Positions 61,374 to 64,000 of a stretch of DNA of 64,000 bases are shown piece after piece. Both the position numbers and the translations under genes were made by a program. Origin of the DNA: an uncultured Gemmatimonadales bacterium (GTDB lineage Bacteria; Gemmatimonadota; Gemmatimonadetes; Longimicrobiales; Gaopeijiaceae); assembly GCA_963823035.1 (NCBI GenBank), contig CAWGKG010000019.1:102164-166163 (forward strand), given 5' to 3'. The notes under the pieces were generated by a model, which worked only from the letters and a program-made list of their open reading frames with translations, ran no database searches and was not told the DNA's origin. The stretch's first letter is position 1; every line of letters starts with the position of its first letter.

Positions 61374-62535
61374 ATGCTGCTGCCCCTCCTCCTCGCGACG
61401 CCATGGCTGGCGATTCTCGCCTTCCTCGTGCTGCGCGTGCGTCTGCCCGGCGAGCTGCCCCCCGGTCCGGCGGCGCGGACGCCGCTGGTCAGCGTGATCG
61501 TTCCCGCGCGCGACGAGGCCGTGAACATCGAGGCGTGCGTGCGCTCGCTGACCCGGTCGGCGTATCCCGACTTCGAGGTGATCGTGGTGGACGACCGGAG
61601 CGCGCGACGACACCGCGGAGCGCGCTGCCGCGGTCGGTGCCGGGCGAGCGCGTCGCCTGGAGGTCGTGCGCGGGGAGGAGCTCCCGGCCGGATGGATGGG
61701 CAAGCCGTGGGCGTGTTGGCAGGGGGCGCGGGCCGCGAAGGGCGAGCTGCTCCTGTTCACCGATGCGGATACGGTGCACGGCCCGGAGCTTCTCGGGCGC
61801 GCGGTGGCCGCGATGGAAGCCCGGCAGGCCGACATGACGACGGTGGTCGGGCGGCAGCTCATGGAGACGTTCTGGGAGCGCCTCGTGCAGCCGCAGGTCT
61901 TCATGACCATGCTGCTCCGCTACTACGACGTGGAGCGTTGGGTGGCGGAGGGGCGCTGGCGGGATGCCATCGCGAACGGGCAGTTCATCCTCTTTCGCCG
62001 TGAGGCGTACGAGGCGCTCGGTGGGCACGAGGCGGTCAAGGAGGAGATCGTGGAGGATCTCGCCCTCGCACAGCGCACCGTGCGCGCCGGCCGACGCCTG
62101 AGCGTGCACACGGAGGAGGGTGAGCTCACGACGCGCATGTACCGGTCCCTCGACGGCCTGGTGGAGGGCTGGTCGAAGAACATCCTCATCGGCGGTCTCC
62201 GGTCGATCGCCCCGGGCCTCCGTCCGTTCGTGGCGCCCGCATCGGCGCTCATCGGAGCGACGCTCTGGCTCCTGCCCCCCGCCGCGCTCCTCGCAGCGGC
62301 CCTCGGTGTGGGCGGCGTGGGGCTGCTCGTCTGGGCGGCGAGCGCCGTCTTCCTGAGCGTCGTGGTCTGGTCGGTCTTCACCGCGCGCATGGGCGCGGCC
62401 TTCGGGTACGGGCTCCTCTACCCGCTCGGTGCGGCTGTCGGGATGTACATCTTCCTGCGGGCATGGAGGCGCGGGCGGCGTGTCGAATGGAAGGGGCGCG
62501 CGTACGTCGTCGAGGACCCGTCGAGCGTTCCATGA
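61374..62535 (+). CDS. GT2 glycosyltransferase, membrane-anchored (carotenoid/hopanoid-type; frameshift near 61601)
   Basis: SVIVPARDE, VDDRS, GWMGKPWAC, FTDAD, ANGQF, VEDL, RMY and WKGR. Confidence 0.88.
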
Positions 62536-63730
62536 CGGACGGCGCGCGATCGACCTCGTCCGCCGCCCTCGCGCAGGACGTTCGCGACGAGGCGCGCGCG
62601 CTCGGCTTCGACCAGGTCGGTGTGGTGCGCCCGGACGCGAGCGACCACATGGCGTTCTACCGCGCGTGGATCGAGGACGGCCGCCACGGGGACATGCGCT
62701 ACCTCGCGCGGGCCGACGCCGTCGCGCGGCGCGCGGACCTGTCGAGGACGATGGCGTCCGTGCGCTCGGTGGTCGTGGTCGCACACGAGTACTTCCAGGA
62801 GGATCCGCCCGGCGTGCCCGGAGGACCCGTCGCGCGGGGTGATCGCCCGTTATGCCCGTGGGCGCGACTACCACAGGGTGGTGAAGAAGAAGCTGAAGGC
62901 GCTCGGCCGCCGGCTGGAGGAGATCGCCGCGCGTCCGGTCGAGTGGCGCGCCTACGTCGACACGGGGCCCATCCTCGAGCGGGACCTGGCGCGCCGGGCC
63001 GGCCTCGGCTGGTTCGGGAAGAACACGATGCTCCTGAACCCCAGGCGCGGCTCGTACTTCTTCCTGGGCGTGCTGCTCACCGACCTCGAGCTCGAGCCCG
63101 ACGCCCCCTTCGAGGCCGACCACTGCGGCTCCTGCCGCGCCTGCCTGGACGCATGTCCGACCGGTGCGCTCCTCGGGCGCGACGAGAGCGGCGCGCCCGT
63201 CATGGATGCGACCCGCTGCATCTCCTACCTGACGATCGAGCACCGGGGGCCGATCGCGCGTGAGCTGCGGCCGCTGATGGGCAACCGTGTCTACGGGTGC
63301 GACATCTGCCAGGAGGTGTGTCCCTGGAACGTGCGGTTCGCCGAGGTGGCGGCGGAGCGCGATTACGCTGCGCGGGAGGCCTGGGAGGCGGAGTGGGATC
63401 GCGAGACGCAGCGAGACGTCCGATGAGGCGTCATCCGATGACGACGGCCCCACCGAGGCGGTCATCCCCACCACGGACGGCCCCGCCCTCGTCGACCTCA
63501 TGCGCATGAGCGAGGACGAGTGGGACGCCTACACGCGGGGGTCGGCCATGCGGCGGGCGGGGTACTCGGGGCTGCGGCGCAACGTGGCGATCGCGCTGGG
63601 GAACTGGCTGGCGGGGAGTGATACGCCCGACCCGGAGGCGGTGGGCGAGCTGGTGGCGGCGCTGTCGGACGAGGATCCGGTGGTGGCGGAGGCGGCGGCG
63701 TGGGCGTTGGGGCGGGTGGGTCGGCACTGA
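62532..63730 (+). CDS. queG: Epoxyqueuosine reductase (frameshifts near 62818 and 63410)
   Basis: [65 protein letters not shown] and [10 protein letters not shown]. Confidence 0.92.
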
Positions 63731-63803
63731 GGGTAATCCTCGGGCCTCCCTCACCCGTCCGCTGAGCGCCTCCGTCGGCTCGATAGAGAGCACCCGTCTT
63801 GTA

Positions 63804-63888
63804 ACGCACGCCGATCTCGTGCGTCCGCTGGGCCACGGTGAAGGACATCACGACTCTGGATGCCCGCGAGGGACAGCAGGAGCGCGAC
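63804..63888 (-). pseudogene. Short fragment of an ADOP/FtsX permease
   Basis: VALLLSLAGI / VMSFTVAQRTHEIGVR motif (one frameshift) with no rest of the gene. Confidence 0.7.
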
Positions 63889-64000
63889 GGTGGCGGTGGC
63901 GTTGGGGAACTGGCTGGCCTCGGTGGACGAACTGCCGGAGGAGGCAGTGGCTGCATTGCGGGACGCGGTCGAGAACAAGGAGCCGCTGGTGCGCGAGCAC
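63887..64000 (+). pseudogene. Diverged second copy of the QueG C-terminal HEAT-like segment (runs off window)
   Basis: TVAVALGNWLASVDELPEEAVAALRDAVENKEPLVREH aligns with [38 protein letters not shown] of queG. Confidence 0.72.

Noticed and set aside
4284..63410. Programmed frameshifting or phase variation as the cause of split genes
   Set aside because: No shared slippery heptamer or long repeat tract at the junctions, and the affected genes are functionally unrelated.
200..63956. Many long Arg/Gly/Pro-rich alternate-frame and antisense ORFs
   Set aside because: Expected in very high-GC DNA with few stop codons; they overlap genes with clear motifs and carry none of their own.
1..64000. CRISPR array, tRNA, rRNA, IS element or prophage
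   Set aside because: By eye I found no spaced direct repeats, cloverleaf, rRNA-like tract, transposase, integrase or phage structural gene; a covariance-model scan would be needed to exclude small RNAs.

Overview
Very GC-rich, densely coding bacterial chromosomal segment with about 60 genes. Gene content (ADOP-type duplicated permeases, two with PadR partners; six-bladed beta-propeller exported proteins; a PEP-CTERM protein) suggests Gemmatimonadota or a similar lineage; this is inference only. About 20 genes are broken by frameshifts, mostly single extra bases, best explained as long-read consensus errors, so the ORF track splits or fuses many real genes. Recognisable content: adenosine deaminase, TrmO, a VapBC-type toxin-antitoxin pair, a permuted aconitase-family enzyme, NSS and SSS transporters, a BMP ABC transporter, a PIG-L deacetylase, S9 and M28 peptidases, PfkA with an MBL/HD-GYP/receiver module, a PaaABCD-like diiron cluster without PaaE, an ECF sigma/zinc anti-sigma pair, a GyrA/ParC subunit lacking the GyrA box, QueE, QueG, proline dehydrogenase, YpjD-like MazG and a PEP-CTERM gene with a sigma54-type promoter. 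I saw no rRNA, tRNA, CRISPR array, transposase or integrase. Best leads: the orphan Paa-like oxygenase with split PaaD, the cNMP pseudo-phosphatase/HD-GYP/Pfk module, a diverged second copy of the queG 3' end abutting a permease scrap at the right edge, and compact bidirectional leaderless promoters.
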